Counted from the stretch's first letter, positions 10,093-19,370 are shown. The stretch is DNA of 61,242 nt from an uncultured Stenotrophomonas sp. (GCA_946223375.1 CAMICU010000001.1:1-61242), one strand, 5' to 3'. Translations and numbers: made by a program. Notes: generated by a model from the letters alone, not told the origin.

Positions 10093-10998
10093 TCAGCAAT
10101 CCAGGCCGGGGCAATGCGGCAGCGCGTCGTGCAGGAAGTCGATGAAGGCACGCACCTTGGGCTGCAGGTGGCGCTGGGTCGGATAGACCGCGTAGACGGT
10201 GCGCGGCGGGAAGCGATGGTCGGGCAGCACCTGCTGCAGCTGGCCAGTGGCCAGTGCGGGCGCGGCCAGGAACGAGGGCAGGGCACCGATGCCGACGCCG
10301 GCCACCAGCAGGTCGCGCAGCAGCAGGCTGTTGTTGGCACTGACCCGGGTGGGGCGGCTCACCGTGACCCGCCCATCCGGGCCCTGCAGCGGCCAGCTGC
10401 CCGGCGAGTCGGACAGGCTGTAGGCCAGCAGCGGGTGGTCGCCCAGCTGCTCGGCGGTGACCGGCGCCGGATGCTGTTGCAGGTAGGCCGGCGCCGCGCA
10501 CAACAGCTGCTGCATCGACGCCAGCCGGCGCGCGACCAGGGTGGAGTCGTCCAGGTCCGCACGCAGCCGCAGCGAGACATCGAAGCCCTCACCGACCGCA
10601 TCGACCAGCCGGTCTTCCATCACCAGGTCCAGCGCCAGCTGCGGGTGCTGGGCCAGGAAGCGCGGCAGCAGTGGCGACAGTGTGCTCAGTGCGAAGGACA
10701 GCGGCGCGTTGACCCGCAGCCGGCCGCTGACTTCACCGCGCTGCTGGGCGATGCCACGCTCCAGTGCGTCCAGTTCGTCGAGCAGGCGGCAGCATTCCAG
10801 GTAATAGGCCTGCCCGGTCTCGGTCAGGCTCATGCGCCGGGTCGTGCGTTGCAGCAGCACCACGCCCAGATGCGCTTCCAGCGTGCGCAGCTGCTTGCTC
10901 AGTCCTGCCGCCGACATGCCCAGGTCCTCGGCGGCGCGGGCCAGGCCGCCGCGCTCGACGATCCGGCGAAACGCACGCATCAGGTTGAAGGAATCCAC
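10093..10998 (-). CDS. LysR-family transcriptional regulator
   Basis: N-terminal HTH (AAEDLGMSAAGLSKQLRTLEAHLGVVLLQRTTR); PKVRAFIDFL; GTG start inferred. Confidence 0.92.
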   Translation of the reverse strand: MDSFNLMRAFRRIVERGGLARAAEDLGMSAAGLSKQLRTLEAHLGVVLLQRTTRRMSLTETGQAYYLECCRLLDELDALERGIAQQRGEVSGRLRVNAPLSFALSTLSPLLPRFLAQHPQLALDLVMEDRLVDAVGEGFDVSLRLRADLDDSTLVARRLASMQQLLCAAPAYLQQHPAPVTAEQLGDHPLLAYSLSDSPGSWPLQGPDGRVTVSRPTRVSANNSLLLRDLLVAGVGIGALPSFLAAPALATGQLQQVLPDHRFPPRTVYAVYPTQRHLQPKVRAFIDFLHDALPHCPGLDC

Positions 10999-11290
10999 GG
11001 CCGGTCCCACGACAAAAAAGGCGGGCACAGGGTAGCCGAATGCATGGCCCGGAACCGGCGCGGATGCTGACCCCAGCGCACGGGCAGGCCCCCCCCACGG
11101 CAGTCCGTGCCGGCTTGTTGGCCGGCTACGGGCAACCTAAGATCGGCCGCACGCTTTGCGACGTCGAGCAGAGCTGCCGGGCATTTCTGCCAATGCCATG
11201 CGCAGGCCGCGCTGGTGCGGCTGGACGCCTCCGGCATGGGGGGCGTCAGGTCACCGAAGCATCCCTAACCATTGGATCGAAGCGAGCGAG

Positions 11291-12367
11291 ATGAAGCGAT
11301 TGGCTGCCCTGTTGTTGCTTGTCCCGGCCCTGCTGCTTGCGCAGGCGGCGCGTTCGGCTCCGATGCCGGTCGTGGGGGTGAACGAGGCACGGCTGAATGC
11401 CTTTCTCGATGAGGTGGAAACGAACAATGCCGGGATCGGCAGTCTGTCCATCTTCCGCGGCGGCCGCGAGGTCTATGGCCGCCGCTTCGGGCAGGCGCGC
11501 CTGCCCGGCGTGGTCCACGACCCCGACAGCAAGTACCAGGTGGCATCGGTGACGAAGATGGTCACCGCGATCCTGGCCTTCCGGCTGATCGAGCAAGGGC
11601 GGTTGCGCCTGGACGAGCGCTTGTCCGACTTCTACCCCGACATGCCGTCCGCGTCGGCAATCACCATCGGCAACCTGCTCGAGCATTCCAGCGGCCTGGG
11701 CAACTTCGCGATAAAGGACGGCGCGGTCTGGGTGGTCGACGAGGTCAGCCAGGCGACCATCCTGCAGGAGATCAGGCGGCAGGGCGTGGCCTTCGCCCCG
11801 GGTGAACGCATCGCCTACTCCAACTCCGCGTACTTCCTGCTGCGGATGATCCTGGAGCAGCGCTACGGGCGCAGCTTCGATGAGATCGTCGCACGGGAGA
11901 TCGCCGCGCCGCTGGGCCTGCAGAACTTCGCAGGGGCGGGTTCACGGCCCGCCAATACCTTCCGTTCCTATGCGTTCTCCGGGCAGTGGGCCGAGATCAA
12001 GGACATCGCGTATACCAACGTCGTCGGCGTGGGCGATATCGCCAGCACCGCGCAGGATCTGAATGTGCTGATCGCCGGCCTGTTCCACGGCCGCCTCCTG
12101 CGCGGCCAGGCCCTGGCGCAGATGAAGCCGATCCCCGGCCACGACGGTTGGGGAAGGGGATTGGCGGCGTTCAGCTATGGCGAGCATCACTTCCTGGGCC
12201 ACGGTGGCGACGTGCTGGGCTCACACGCGCGGGTGATCTACAACCCGGACGATGACCTGGCGATCGCCTACGTGACCAACGGTGAGCGCGTCCCGACCAA
12301 CGCGATGCTGGAGGCGATCGTGGCGATCGTCTATGGCGGCGACTACACGCTGCCTGCGATCAGGTAG
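11291..12367 (+). CDS. Exported serine hydrolase, beta-lactamase/D-peptidase fold
   Basis: Signal peptide MKRLAALLLL; SVTK, LLEHSSGL, YSNSAY, GHGG. Confidence 0.9.
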   Translation: MKRLAALLLLVPALLLAQAARSAPMPVVGVNEARLNAFLDEVETNNAGIGSLSIFRGGREVYGRRFGQARLPGVVHDPDSKYQVASVTKMVTAILAFRLIEQGRLRLDERLSDFYPDMPSASAITIGNLLEHSSGLGNFAIKDGAVWVVDEVSQATILQEIRRQGVAFAPGERIAYSNSAYFLLRMILEQRYGRSFDEIVAREIAAPLGLQNFAGAGSRPANTFRSYAFSGQWAEIKDIAYTNVVGVGDIASTAQDLNVLIAGLFHGRLLRGQALAQMKPIPGHDGWGRGLAAFSYGEHHFLGHGGDVLGSHARVIYNPDDDLAIAYVTNGERVPTNAMLEAIVAIVYGGDYTLPAIR

Positions 12368-12479
12368 CGCGCGTTCCAAACGATGTCACCGCGGCCATGT
12401 GCATGCCGGCCTGGCGTGTATTCCCGCCGAAGCCCGCCGATGAGCGGGTCTGGCGCGCGCGTGGCGGGCGCCTGTCCGG

Positions 12480-12848
12480 CTAGCGCGCGGGATTGCCGTG
12501 GCGTAGCGCCGTGATGACCAGCGCGGCGCCAAAGCCCAGGCAGCCGAGCAGGGCGAGGACCGAGAGCGGCAGGTTGAATTCGCGGTGGCCCGCGGCTGCA
12601 AAGCCGGCATGCAGTGCGAAGGTGATCACGCCAAGGGCGCCGCAGGCCAATGCCCAGGCCCGCGCGTGGCGTTGCTTCACCAGCACGCTGCGATGGCCGA
12701 CCAGCAGGGCACCCACGGCCACGGCGTTGAACACCAGGAAGCCCTGGATGCCACCGGGCACGGCGAACAGGTTCCATTCGTGCCAGAACGCGGCATCGAT
12801 CTGGTGCAGGATGAGCGAGAGGGCGGTGGCGAGGTAGAGACGTTCCAT
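12480..12848 (-). CDS. Small membrane protein (DUF6713-like)
   Basis: Four hydrophobic segments; HQIDAAFWHEW motif. Confidence 0.65.
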   Translation of the reverse strand: MERLYLATALSLILHQIDAAFWHEWNLFAVPGGIQGFLVFNAVAVGALLVGHRSVLVKQRHARAWALACGALGVITFALHAGFAAAGHREFNLPLSVLALLGCLGFGAALVITALRHGNPAR

Positions 12849-13028
12849 GTCGTGCGGTTGCAGGATTCCGCCGCTGATTTTACCAAGCGGTGCGTCCTGC
12901 ATGAACCGCGCTGCCCGCGGCGGCGGCAGCGACGCAGCGGCGCGCGGCGGGGGATTGCGTGACGACGGCCTGCAGGGCGTCTGCAGCGGGGTGGGCAGGT
13001 GCGTCGCCTTGCCTGCCACGCGTCGTTC

Positions 13029-13991
13029 CTAGCCGGCGTTGAAGCGCCGCCGGTACTCGCCGGGGCTGAGCCCGACGATGCGCTGGAACACCTTGCGGAA
13101 CGCGCCCCGGTCGCTGTAGCCGACCTCCCAGGCGATGCGTTCCAGCGGCTGCCGGCTGGACTGCAGCAGCTCGCGGGCCCGTGCCACGCGCACGCGCTGG
13201 CCGTACTCGGTCGCGGTCATGCCGGTGGCCTTCTGGAAGCGGCGCAGGAAGGTGCGTTCCTGCAGCCCGGCGCGACGGGCCAGCTCGGGCAGTGCGGCGG
13301 TCTTGGCGTGGGTTTCGTGCAGCCACTGCTGCACTGCCAGCACCGCCGCATCGCCATGCGACACACGCGGCGCGAAGCTGCTGTAGTAGCGCTGCTGGCG
13401 GCCGAGTGGATCGACCAGCAGCGTGCGCGCGGTTTCGAGCATCACCGCCACGCCGAGATAGCGTTCCACCAGCCGCAGGCCGAGGTCGATCCAGGCCATC
13501 GCGCCGCCGGCGGTGAGGATGTCGCCATCGTCGATGACCAGCTGGTCGGTATCCAGCCGCACTGCCGGGAAGCGGCTGGCGAAGTTGTCGTTGAACGCCC
13601 AGTTGGTGGTGATGGTGCGGCCATCGACGCGCCCGGTCTCGGCCAGCAGGTAGGCGCCGGCGCATACCGAGGCCAGCGTGCTGCCGCCATCGTGCAGCGT
13701 GCGCAGCCATGCCAGGTAGGGCGCGGCGGCCTCGGCGCTGAGCGGCTCTTCCAGACTCGGCGGCAGCACCAGCACATCCGGCCTGCCGTGGGCCTGCGGC
13801 TCCGCGGCGGGCACCTGGCCAGGCAGGGTGAGCCGCCACTGTGCGACGTGCAGCACCGGCATGTCGGGGCGTGCATCCCGTTGGGCGATCCGCGTCGCCA
13901 GGGCGAGCAGGTCGGCGAGCCCGAGCACGGCGGCCAGCTGTGCGCCGGGGTAGTGAAGTATCCCGATCTCGATGTGGCGATCGTGGTGCAT
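13029..13991 (-). CDS. GlxA-family (DJ-1/AraC) transcriptional regulator
   Basis: SVCAGAYLLAETG, TAGG, C-terminal AraC HTH (IAWEVGYSDRGAFRKVF...GLSPGEYR). Confidence 0.92.
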   Translation of the reverse strand: MHHDRHIEIGILHYPGAQLAAVLGLADLLALATRIAQRDARPDMPVLHVAQWRLTLPGQVPAAEPQAHGRPDVLVLPPSLEEPLSAEAAAPYLAWLRTLHDGGSTLASVCAGAYLLAETGRVDGRTITTNWAFNDNFASRFPAVRLDTDQLVIDDGDILTAGGAMAWIDLGLRLVERYLGVAVMLETARTLLVDPLGRQQRYYSSFAPRVSHGDAAVLAVQQWLHETHAKTAALPELARRAGLQERTFLRRFQKATGMTATEYGQRVRVARARELLQSSRQPLERIAWEVGYSDRGAFRKVFQRIVGLSPGEYRRRFNAG

Positions 13992-14093
13992 CTGTCGGTG
14001 CAGCCCTCAAGAATGTCGGTGGCGCCTCTTAGCTGCACGCGCCCGGCGGCGGAAAATTCTCCCACGTTTTCCTTTCCTTCAACCGGAACCGCC

Positions 14094-14642
14094 ATGAACA
14101 ACCGCGGCATCATCGTCATCGACCTGCAGAACGAATACCTGCCCACCGGCAAGCTGCCGCTCACCGGCATCGACGCCGCCGTCGCCAACGCGGTGAAGGT
14201 GATCGCCGATGCCCGGCGCCGGGGCATCCCGGTGCTGCATGTCCGCCATGAATCGGCGACCAGCGAGGCACCGATCTTCGTGCCGGGAACGGACGCCGTG
14301 GCAATCCAGGCAGCCGTCGCCCCGGCCGCCGGCGAGCCGGTGATCGTCAAGCACTTCGTCAACTCCTTCCGTGACACCGACCTGCAGCAGCAGCTGCAGG
14401 CGCGCGGCATCACCGAGGTCGTCATCATCGGTGCGATGAGCCATATGTGTGTGGATGCCGGCGTGCGTGCCGCAGCCGACCTCGGCTACGCCGTCACTGT
14501 GCTGCATGACGCCTGCGCCACGCGGGAACTGGAGTTCAACGGTGTCACCGTGCCGGCGGCGCAGGTGCATGCGGCGATGATGGCGGCGTTCGTGTTCGGC
14601 TATGCCACCGTGAGTGCGACCGACGCGTGGCTGGCGGCCTGA
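14094..14642 (+). CDS. Isochorismatase-family cysteine hydrolase
   Basis: IVIDLQNEY, K..NSF..T, GAMSHMCVD, DACAT; divergent from the GlxA regulator. Confidence 0.92.
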   Translation: MNNRGIIVIDLQNEYLPTGKLPLTGIDAAVANAVKVIADARRRGIPVLHVRHESATSEAPIFVPGTDAVAIQAAVAPAAGEPVIVKHFVNSFRDTDLQQQLQARGITEVVIIGAMSHMCVDAGVRAAADLGYAVTVLHDACATRELEFNGVTVPAAQVHAAMMAAFVFGYATVSATDAWLAA

Positions 14643-15119
14643 TGCGGTCTATGGCCAGCTGCTGCTCGGAAAGGACTTCACGGAAGGACATCTGACCGCC
14701 CGGCCATTTTTCCGGGCACATGGGGGTCTGGGTGCTGCACACCTGGAGCATCTCGATATCCTGTCTGATCCGCGCCGCCCCGTTGCGTGCCACGCTTTCA
14801 TCGCTGGCGGTGCCTGCCCCCTGCCGTGGATGACTGGCCGACCGTCGGGGCGGTCCGCCGGCGCCTGGATGCCGGCCGCCACACCGCGCTGGATGCCGCG
14901 ATCGGCGCCGCTCAGGCGGCGCTCACCACCCACGTGCTGGTCGTTCAATGTGGCCGGCTGCACGAGGGCTATATCCAGAACTCCGTCGTCCATGACCCGG
15001 TGCAGATGACGTTGAACAACGTGGGCAAGCCCGCGTACGTCGCAGCGCTGCGCAGCGCCCAACGCTGTGTGCACGGCGCCGTCGAGAAACGGCGGGGATG
15101 TGGATTCACAGGGCCGTAG
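14642..15119 (+). pseudogene. Probable 5'-truncated, frameshifted gene remnant
   Basis: Two successive frames with coding-like G/C-ending codons (DAVYGQLLLGKDFTEG..., then PAVDDWPTVGAV...KPAYVAAL), switching near 14790-14820; no convincing start or RBS. Confidence 0.35.
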
Positions 15120-15264
15120 GGCTACGTGCCATGCCGGACCGGGCAGTGCGCCGAGGAGCTGGTTCGCGCAGCAGTGATCCACCCGGTTTCACGGAATACG
15201 GGAAGCTCCCGTGCAATCTGCAGCGTTGTAGGGTTGATCGCGGAACACGGGGTGCCGCGATCAA

Positions 15265-16206
15265 CTACGGCGCGTCCTGCAGCGCTGCATCCCACGGAGC
15301 AAGCGGCAGGAAGCAGGCAATGAGTTGGTCGACGACCACCCTGATCTTCGGCGCGAGGTCGCGAGTTGCCGGCCACAATGCCCGTATGGGCGCCCCCGGC
15401 ATGCCCCTGGGTGCCAGGATGGCGACGAGAGCACCACGCTTGAGGTCATCCGCCACAAGCCAGGTCGGCAGCTGGGCAATACCCAGACCATCGAGCGCTG
15501 CCGCCCGTAGTGCTTCGCCGTCGCTGATGGTATGCCGGCCTTCAATCACCCGACGGGTCGTGCCCGCAGGTTCTGCTGGCAGCGTCCACGGCACGACGCC
15601 GCCACCGCCAGCGAATGTAAGGCAGTCGTGCGTGGCGAGATCCAGCGCACAGGCGGGCGAGCCGCGTTCCGCAAGGTACTGCGGCGAAGCGCAGGTAACC
15701 ACGCGCTGATGACCGAGGCTTCGCGATGACAGGAAGGCACTGTTGCCGGGTTCGCCCAGGCGCACCACCATGTCGATGCCTTCTTCCAGAAGGTCGACCG
15801 CGCGATCAGAAAAGCGCACGTCCAGGCGAAGCTTGGGATGTTGCCGGGCGATTCTGAGCAGTTCGGGCATGACCCATCGCCTGCCGAAGCTGATCGGCAG
15901 GCTGATACGCAATGTCCCTGCGACCTCGCGTCGGCGCGAAGCCGCCCGGGTCTCTGCTTCGTCCAGCTCGGCCAGCACCCGCAGGCAGCTTTGATGGAAA
16001 TCCGCGCCTTCCTGGGTGAGAGACAGGCGGCGGGTGGTGCGCTCCAGCAATCGCACGCCCAGCCGCTGCTCGAGCGTTGCCACGCTCTTGCCGACGGCCG
16101 ATTTGGTCACGCCGAGCCGCTGGGCGGCGGCGGTGAAGCTGCCGGTCTCCACCGCTTGGACGAAAGCGCTGATGCCTTGAAGCCTTGAAGCGCTATGGGT
16201 CGTCAT
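15265..16206 (-). CDS. LysR-family transcriptional regulator
   Basis: GSFTAAAQRLGVTKSAVGKSV HTH; APKIRVVVD. Confidence 0.92.
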   Translation of the reverse strand: MTTHSASRLQGISAFVQAVETGSFTAAAQRLGVTKSAVGKSVATLEQRLGVRLLERTTRRLSLTQEGADFHQSCLRVLAELDEAETRAASRRREVAGTLRISLPISFGRRWVMPELLRIARQHPKLRLDVRFSDRAVDLLEEGIDMVVRLGEPGNSAFLSSRSLGHQRVVTCASPQYLAERGSPACALDLATHDCLTFAGGGGVVPWTLPAEPAGTTRRVIEGRHTISDGEALRAAALDGLGIAQLPTWLVADDLKRGALVAILAPRGMPGAPIRALWPATRDLAPKIRVVVDQLIACFLPLAPWDAALQDAP

Positions 16207-16319
16207 GGGGAATTATTGAAGAGTTATGGTTGTCAGTCTATCGCCAGTAATGCGGATAAGAGTTCTACTCGTTGTCAATAGACTGGTGCGTCGCCATTGA
16301 GCAGCGCAACCGAGGATCG

Positions 16320-17351
16320 ATGATGAGTACACCGATGACTGTCTGGCAGCTCCCCCAACTGGGAATGGCGCATCTTGAGATGACCCGGCGTCCGCTGCCG
16401 CAGCCCGGCCCCAATGAACTGTTGGTCAAAGTCGCAGCAGTGTCGTTGAACTACCGCGATGCGCTGGTCATCAATGGCGCGTTGCTGCAGACACCGCCGG
16501 CGATGCCGTTCGTACCTGTATCGGACATGGCAGGCGAGGTGGTCGCGACCGGGGAGGGGACGACGCGATTCACGTGTGGCGACAGGGTCGTCGGCAACTT
16601 CTGGACCCAATGGCTGGACGATCAACCTCCTGCCGAGATGCTCCAACATGGGCTGTCGCTGGGCGGTCCATTGCCCGGCATGCTCGCCGAGTACGTCGTG
16701 ATGCAGGAGGATGTCGCTGTTCGCGCGCCCGGCTCGCTGTCCCATGAAGAGGCCTCCACGCTGCCGGTCGCCGCGCTCACCGCATGGTTCGCACTGACCG
16801 AGGCCGCACAGGTGCGTGCGGGACAGACGGTCGTGGTCCAAGGTACCGGCGGCGTTTCCCTTTTCGGCCTGCAGTTCGCCACAGCACTGGGCGCGCGCGT
16901 GATCGTCACATCGCGCAGCGACCACAAGCTGGGCAAGGCCGGCGCCCTTGGTGCCTGGGCGACCATCAATACCCGGCAGACGCCAGACTGGGCTCGCGCG
17001 GTTGCCGACCTGACCGGGGGCATTGGCGCAGATCACATCCTGGAGATGATGGGTGGCGACAATCTGCGGCAGTCCGTGCAGGCCTTGGCCGGCGCCGGTC
17101 ACATTCTCCAGATCGGTTTCATGGCGGACACGGAGATCCGCATGCCGGCGATTCCGCTGCAGCTCCGACGCGCCACATTGCGGGGCGTTTCGGTCGGACA
17201 TCGGCGCTCCTTCGAGAAAATGAATCTTGCCATCGATGCATTCGGTATCAAGCCGGTGATCGATCAGGTTTTCTCGTTCTCCGAGGCGCCCGCCGCCTTC
17301 AAACGGCTGCAGGAGGGGCCCTTTGGAAAGGTGGTCATCCGCGTCGATTGA
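16320..17351 (+). CDS. NAD(P)-dependent medium-chain (quinone-oxidoreductase-like) dehydrogenase
   Basis: [36 protein letters not shown] before ATG; divergent from LysR. Confidence 0.9.
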   Translation: MMSTPMTVWQLPQLGMAHLEMTRRPLPQPGPNELLVKVAAVSLNYRDALVINGALLQTPPAMPFVPVSDMAGEVVATGEGTTRFTCGDRVVGNFWTQWLDDQPPAEMLQHGLSLGGPLPGMLAEYVVMQEDVAVRAPGSLSHEEASTLPVAALTAWFALTEAAQVRAGQTVVVQGTGGVSLFGLQFATALGARVIVTSRSDHKLGKAGALGAWATINTRQTPDWARAVADLTGGIGADHILEMMGGDNLRQSVQALAGAGHILQIGFMADTEIRMPAIPLQLRRATLRGVSVGHRRSFEKMNLAIDAFGIKPVIDQVFSFSEAPAAFKRLQEGPFGKVVIRVD

Positions 17352-17519
17352 AATGCAACAGACCCCGGGTTGAAGCAGGAAGCAGCTGCCGTCAGTGGCA
17401 TCGCGACGCCGTACGGCGGCCGTGTCTTGCCGCAGGCGTCATGCGACCCGTAGTGGATATCGGCATTCCATCCAGCAGCCCCGTGATGGCCTGCATCTGA
17501 AGGCCTTGAGATCCGCATG

Positions 17520-17790
17520 GGAAATCCAAGCCGGGCTGTCGCCTGGCGCGGAAGGCCCTGGCATCCTTCAGTTTGAGCGGTGCGTTCTGGTCGATCAGCC
17601 TCCCCTCGCCCCCAAGGCTCGTGACGCTGAGGTGCATGAAGAGCTGCCGTGGCCCACTCCTCGAAGGGTTGTTCAGGCCTCTCACAGACCAGGGAGCGTG
17701 GCGTGATGCGACCCATAGCGGTCATTGGTGCCGCGCCCGAGCTTAGCGCGGGGCCGGTTACACGCCGACTTGTTAGCCGGACCCCGCCGT
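17520..17790 (-). pseudogene. intI: Probable heavily eroded integron-integrase (intI) 5' remnant
   Basis: Position and orientation divergent from the attI-like site. Minus-strand RPEQPFEEW...QRHEPWGRGE resembles the IntI N-terminal RTEQAYVxW...KRHPxxMGxxE pattern (recalled, not aligned). No catalytic domain. Confidence 0.4.
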
Positions 17791-17854
17791 CCTAAGATCG
17801 AGCAGTGTCAGGGGAATGCCCGCCATGCGGTGCTTTGCGCATAAGTCGTATAAC

Positions 17855-17894
17855 CGGACCCACGGGTCCGTCTATTAGGTAGTTAGCGCCCATG
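17855..17894 (+). mobile_element. attI-like site; core GTTAGCG at 17882-17888
   Basis: TCTATTAGGTA-GTTAGCGCCCATG; the GTT core is exactly complementary to the inverse core at the end of cassette 1; no attC hairpin upstream. Confidence 0.65.
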
Positions 17895-18305
17895 AGCAAA
17901 CGTCACTGGTTATTAGGAGTTTTAGTAGCAGCAGGGATCGGTGGATTCCTCTGGTACAACTCTGCTCATGGCTGGCATTCGGTCTCTGACCCCGCAGATG
18001 AGTTCGGGCTTGAGTTCCGCTATCTGGGTTGCAACGACTGGCCAGAGAACCGGCCGTACGAGACTTCTATCCAAGGTTCCATGGCGGGTTCAAGCGTTAC
18101 CTACCGCATCAGTGACCCAGCAGGTTGCGGCTACTCGGTGAGACAGCCGAAGTACAAGCTATTCGGTAATAATCTCAGCCTTTCTTACGACTTGTACACT
18201 CCAAGCGGCGAGGTTGCGGCATGCATCTGTGAGTACAAGTCGGAGTTCCGCTTTCGCACAAGTCCGGCGGCATCCCATGTGGTCTTTGAACGCTCTGGTG
18301 GCTAG
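17892..18305 (+). CDS. Cassette 1 hypothetical protein (N-terminal anchor, Cys-containing exported domain)
   Basis: ATG 10 nt after the G of the GTT core; stop just before attC1; hydrophobic N-terminus; GCND, GCG, CICEY. Confidence 0.75.
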   Translation: MSKRHWLLGVLVAAGIGGFLWYNSAHGWHSVSDPADEFGLEFRYLGCNDWPENRPYETSIQGSMAGSSVTYRISDPAGCGYSVRQPKYKLFGNNLSLSYDLYTPSGEVAACICEYKSEFRFRTSPAASHVVFERSGG

Positions 18306-18315
18306 CTGACATGGG

Positions 18316-18375
18316 CGCTAACAGTTCATTCAAGCCGAACCTGCTTCGCAGGTCGGCTTAACTCAGGCGTTAGGC
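18316..18375 (+). repeat. attC1 (intact, 60 bp)
   Basis: CGCTAAC AGTTCATTCAAGCCGAACCTGCTTCGCAGGTCGGCTTAACTCAGGC GTTAGGC; R''/R' boxes and central hairpin. Confidence 0.92.
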
Positions 18376-18391
18376 GGCTTTGGAGGTTTCC

Positions 18392-18700
18392 TTGGAACTG
18401 ACACTGCTATTGCTTGCTGTAGTGCTAATCATCAACATCGTTGCATCGGCGAGAGTTCTTCGCGTTCCCGATCTCTCCCGGTCTCAACGCCATTTTCAAC
18501 TCGCGCTCATCTGGATCGTTCCAATCATTGGGTCGGTTGTTTGCTTGGCATTCGCATCTTCTCAAACGTTTGGTCCTTTCAGTCCAAGCACGCATGATCC
18601 GCTCTATCTGCCCGCTGACGGCGGCGGCCCAGAGGGTCCAGGCATCGGGATCTGTGGTTGTAGCGGCAGCGATGGAGGCGGTGACGGGGGCGGTGACTAG
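18392..18700 (+). CDS. Cassette 2 small two-TM membrane protein with Gly-rich tail
   Basis: GGAGG at 18382-18386 then TTG 18392; LALIWIVPIIG resembles PLDc_N-like hairpins; stop just before attC2. Confidence 0.7.
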   Translation: MELTLLLLAVVLIINIVASARVLRVPDLSRSQRHFQLALIWIVPIIGSVVCLAFASSQTFGPFSPSTHDPLYLPADGGGPEGPGIGICGCSGSDGGGDGGGD

Positions 18701-18707
18701 TGCCGCC

Positions 18708-18767
18708 GTCCAACAATTCATTCAGGCCGACGCCGCTTCGCGGCGCGGCTTAGTTCAGGCGATAGGC
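18708..18767 (+). repeat. attC2 (60 bp, core mutated GTT>GAT)
   Basis: GTCCAAC AATTCATTCAGGCCGACGCCGCTTCGCGGCGCGGCTTAGTTCAGGC GATAGGC. Confidence 0.88.
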
Positions 18768-18771
18768 GCTT

Positions 18772-19272
18772 GTGGACACATCATCGGTAGTCGGCAGCAC
18801 CATCCAGGCGATTGGCACTTTCGCGTGCGAGCCGGTCCACCCTGCGTGGGTAGACGCGCACTCCACTCCTATCGCCACCTCGATGGCGATGCTCCAGCTC
18901 GCGGACGGCCGGCTGCTCCTTGTGGCGCCGCAGGAGGTCGAACTTGATCCAGACAAGTATCCATCTCTGGGTATCGGCATTTCGGAGTGCGGCGCAGGTG
19001 CCCGTCAATGGCACGCGCCAAGTGGCAAGACCTACGTCATGTCCGCGCTCGCCCCTGTGGCGATACTGCTGCCCTTCACGGTGCAGTCCGTCACAGAGTC
19101 AGGCTCGCTCGGGGAGGGGCCGACGAGCGAGCTGTCGTTTGTGAGCTCCACAGGGGCACGGATCACTTTCCGTCACATGATGCCACCCATGACACTCGGC
19201 ATAGACTTCGAGCATCCGGGCGAAGCGCCTAACAATTCGTTCAAGCCGAACCCGCGTCGCGGGTCGGCCTGA
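18772..19272 (+). CDS. Cassette 3 hypothetical protein reading through its attC
   Basis: GTG just after attC2; C-terminus APNNSFKPNPRRGSA is the translation of attC3. Confidence 0.65.
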   Translation: MDTSSVVGSTIQAIGTFACEPVHPAWVDAHSTPIATSMAMLQLADGRLLLVAPQEVELDPDKYPSLGIGISECGAGARQWHAPSGKTYVMSALAPVAILLPFTVQSVTESGSLGEGPTSELSFVSSTGARITFRHMMPPMTLGIDFEHPGEAPNNSFKPNPRRGSA

Positions 19273-19274
19273 GT
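19227..19274 (+). repeat. attC3 (truncated, R' box missing)
   Basis: GCCTAACAATTCGTTCAAGCCGAACCCGCGTCGCGGGTCGGCCTGAGT, then similarity stops with no CAGGCGTTAG end. Confidence 0.85.
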
Positions 19275-19370
19275 GTCTGCTGCGAACGTCTGCTACCGGC
19301 CGGAAGTGGCCTGCCATGCCTATCCGTACACACCATCGGACGCAGTGGCGTTTCTGTCGGCGGCAAAATA

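Larger units (their letters stand above)
17882..19272 (+). mobile_element. Integron gene-cassette array, three cassettes
   Basis: Three co-oriented, more AT-rich ORFs, each followed by a TAACAATTCATTCAAGCCGA...TCGGCTTA-type attC repeat. Confidence 0.9.

Noticed and set aside
12999..14093. Apparent long N-terminal extension of the cysteine hydrolase
   Set aside because: Antisense of the GlxA regulator; the real start is 14094.
17772..17778. Extra GTTAGCC core-like heptamer
   Set aside because: No matching attC hairpin or inverse core; it falls within the putative intI remnant.
18316..19274. Repeats as a CRISPR array or REP cluster
   Set aside because: The spacers are whole genes of several hundred bp, the repeats have R-box attC structure, and there are no cas genes.
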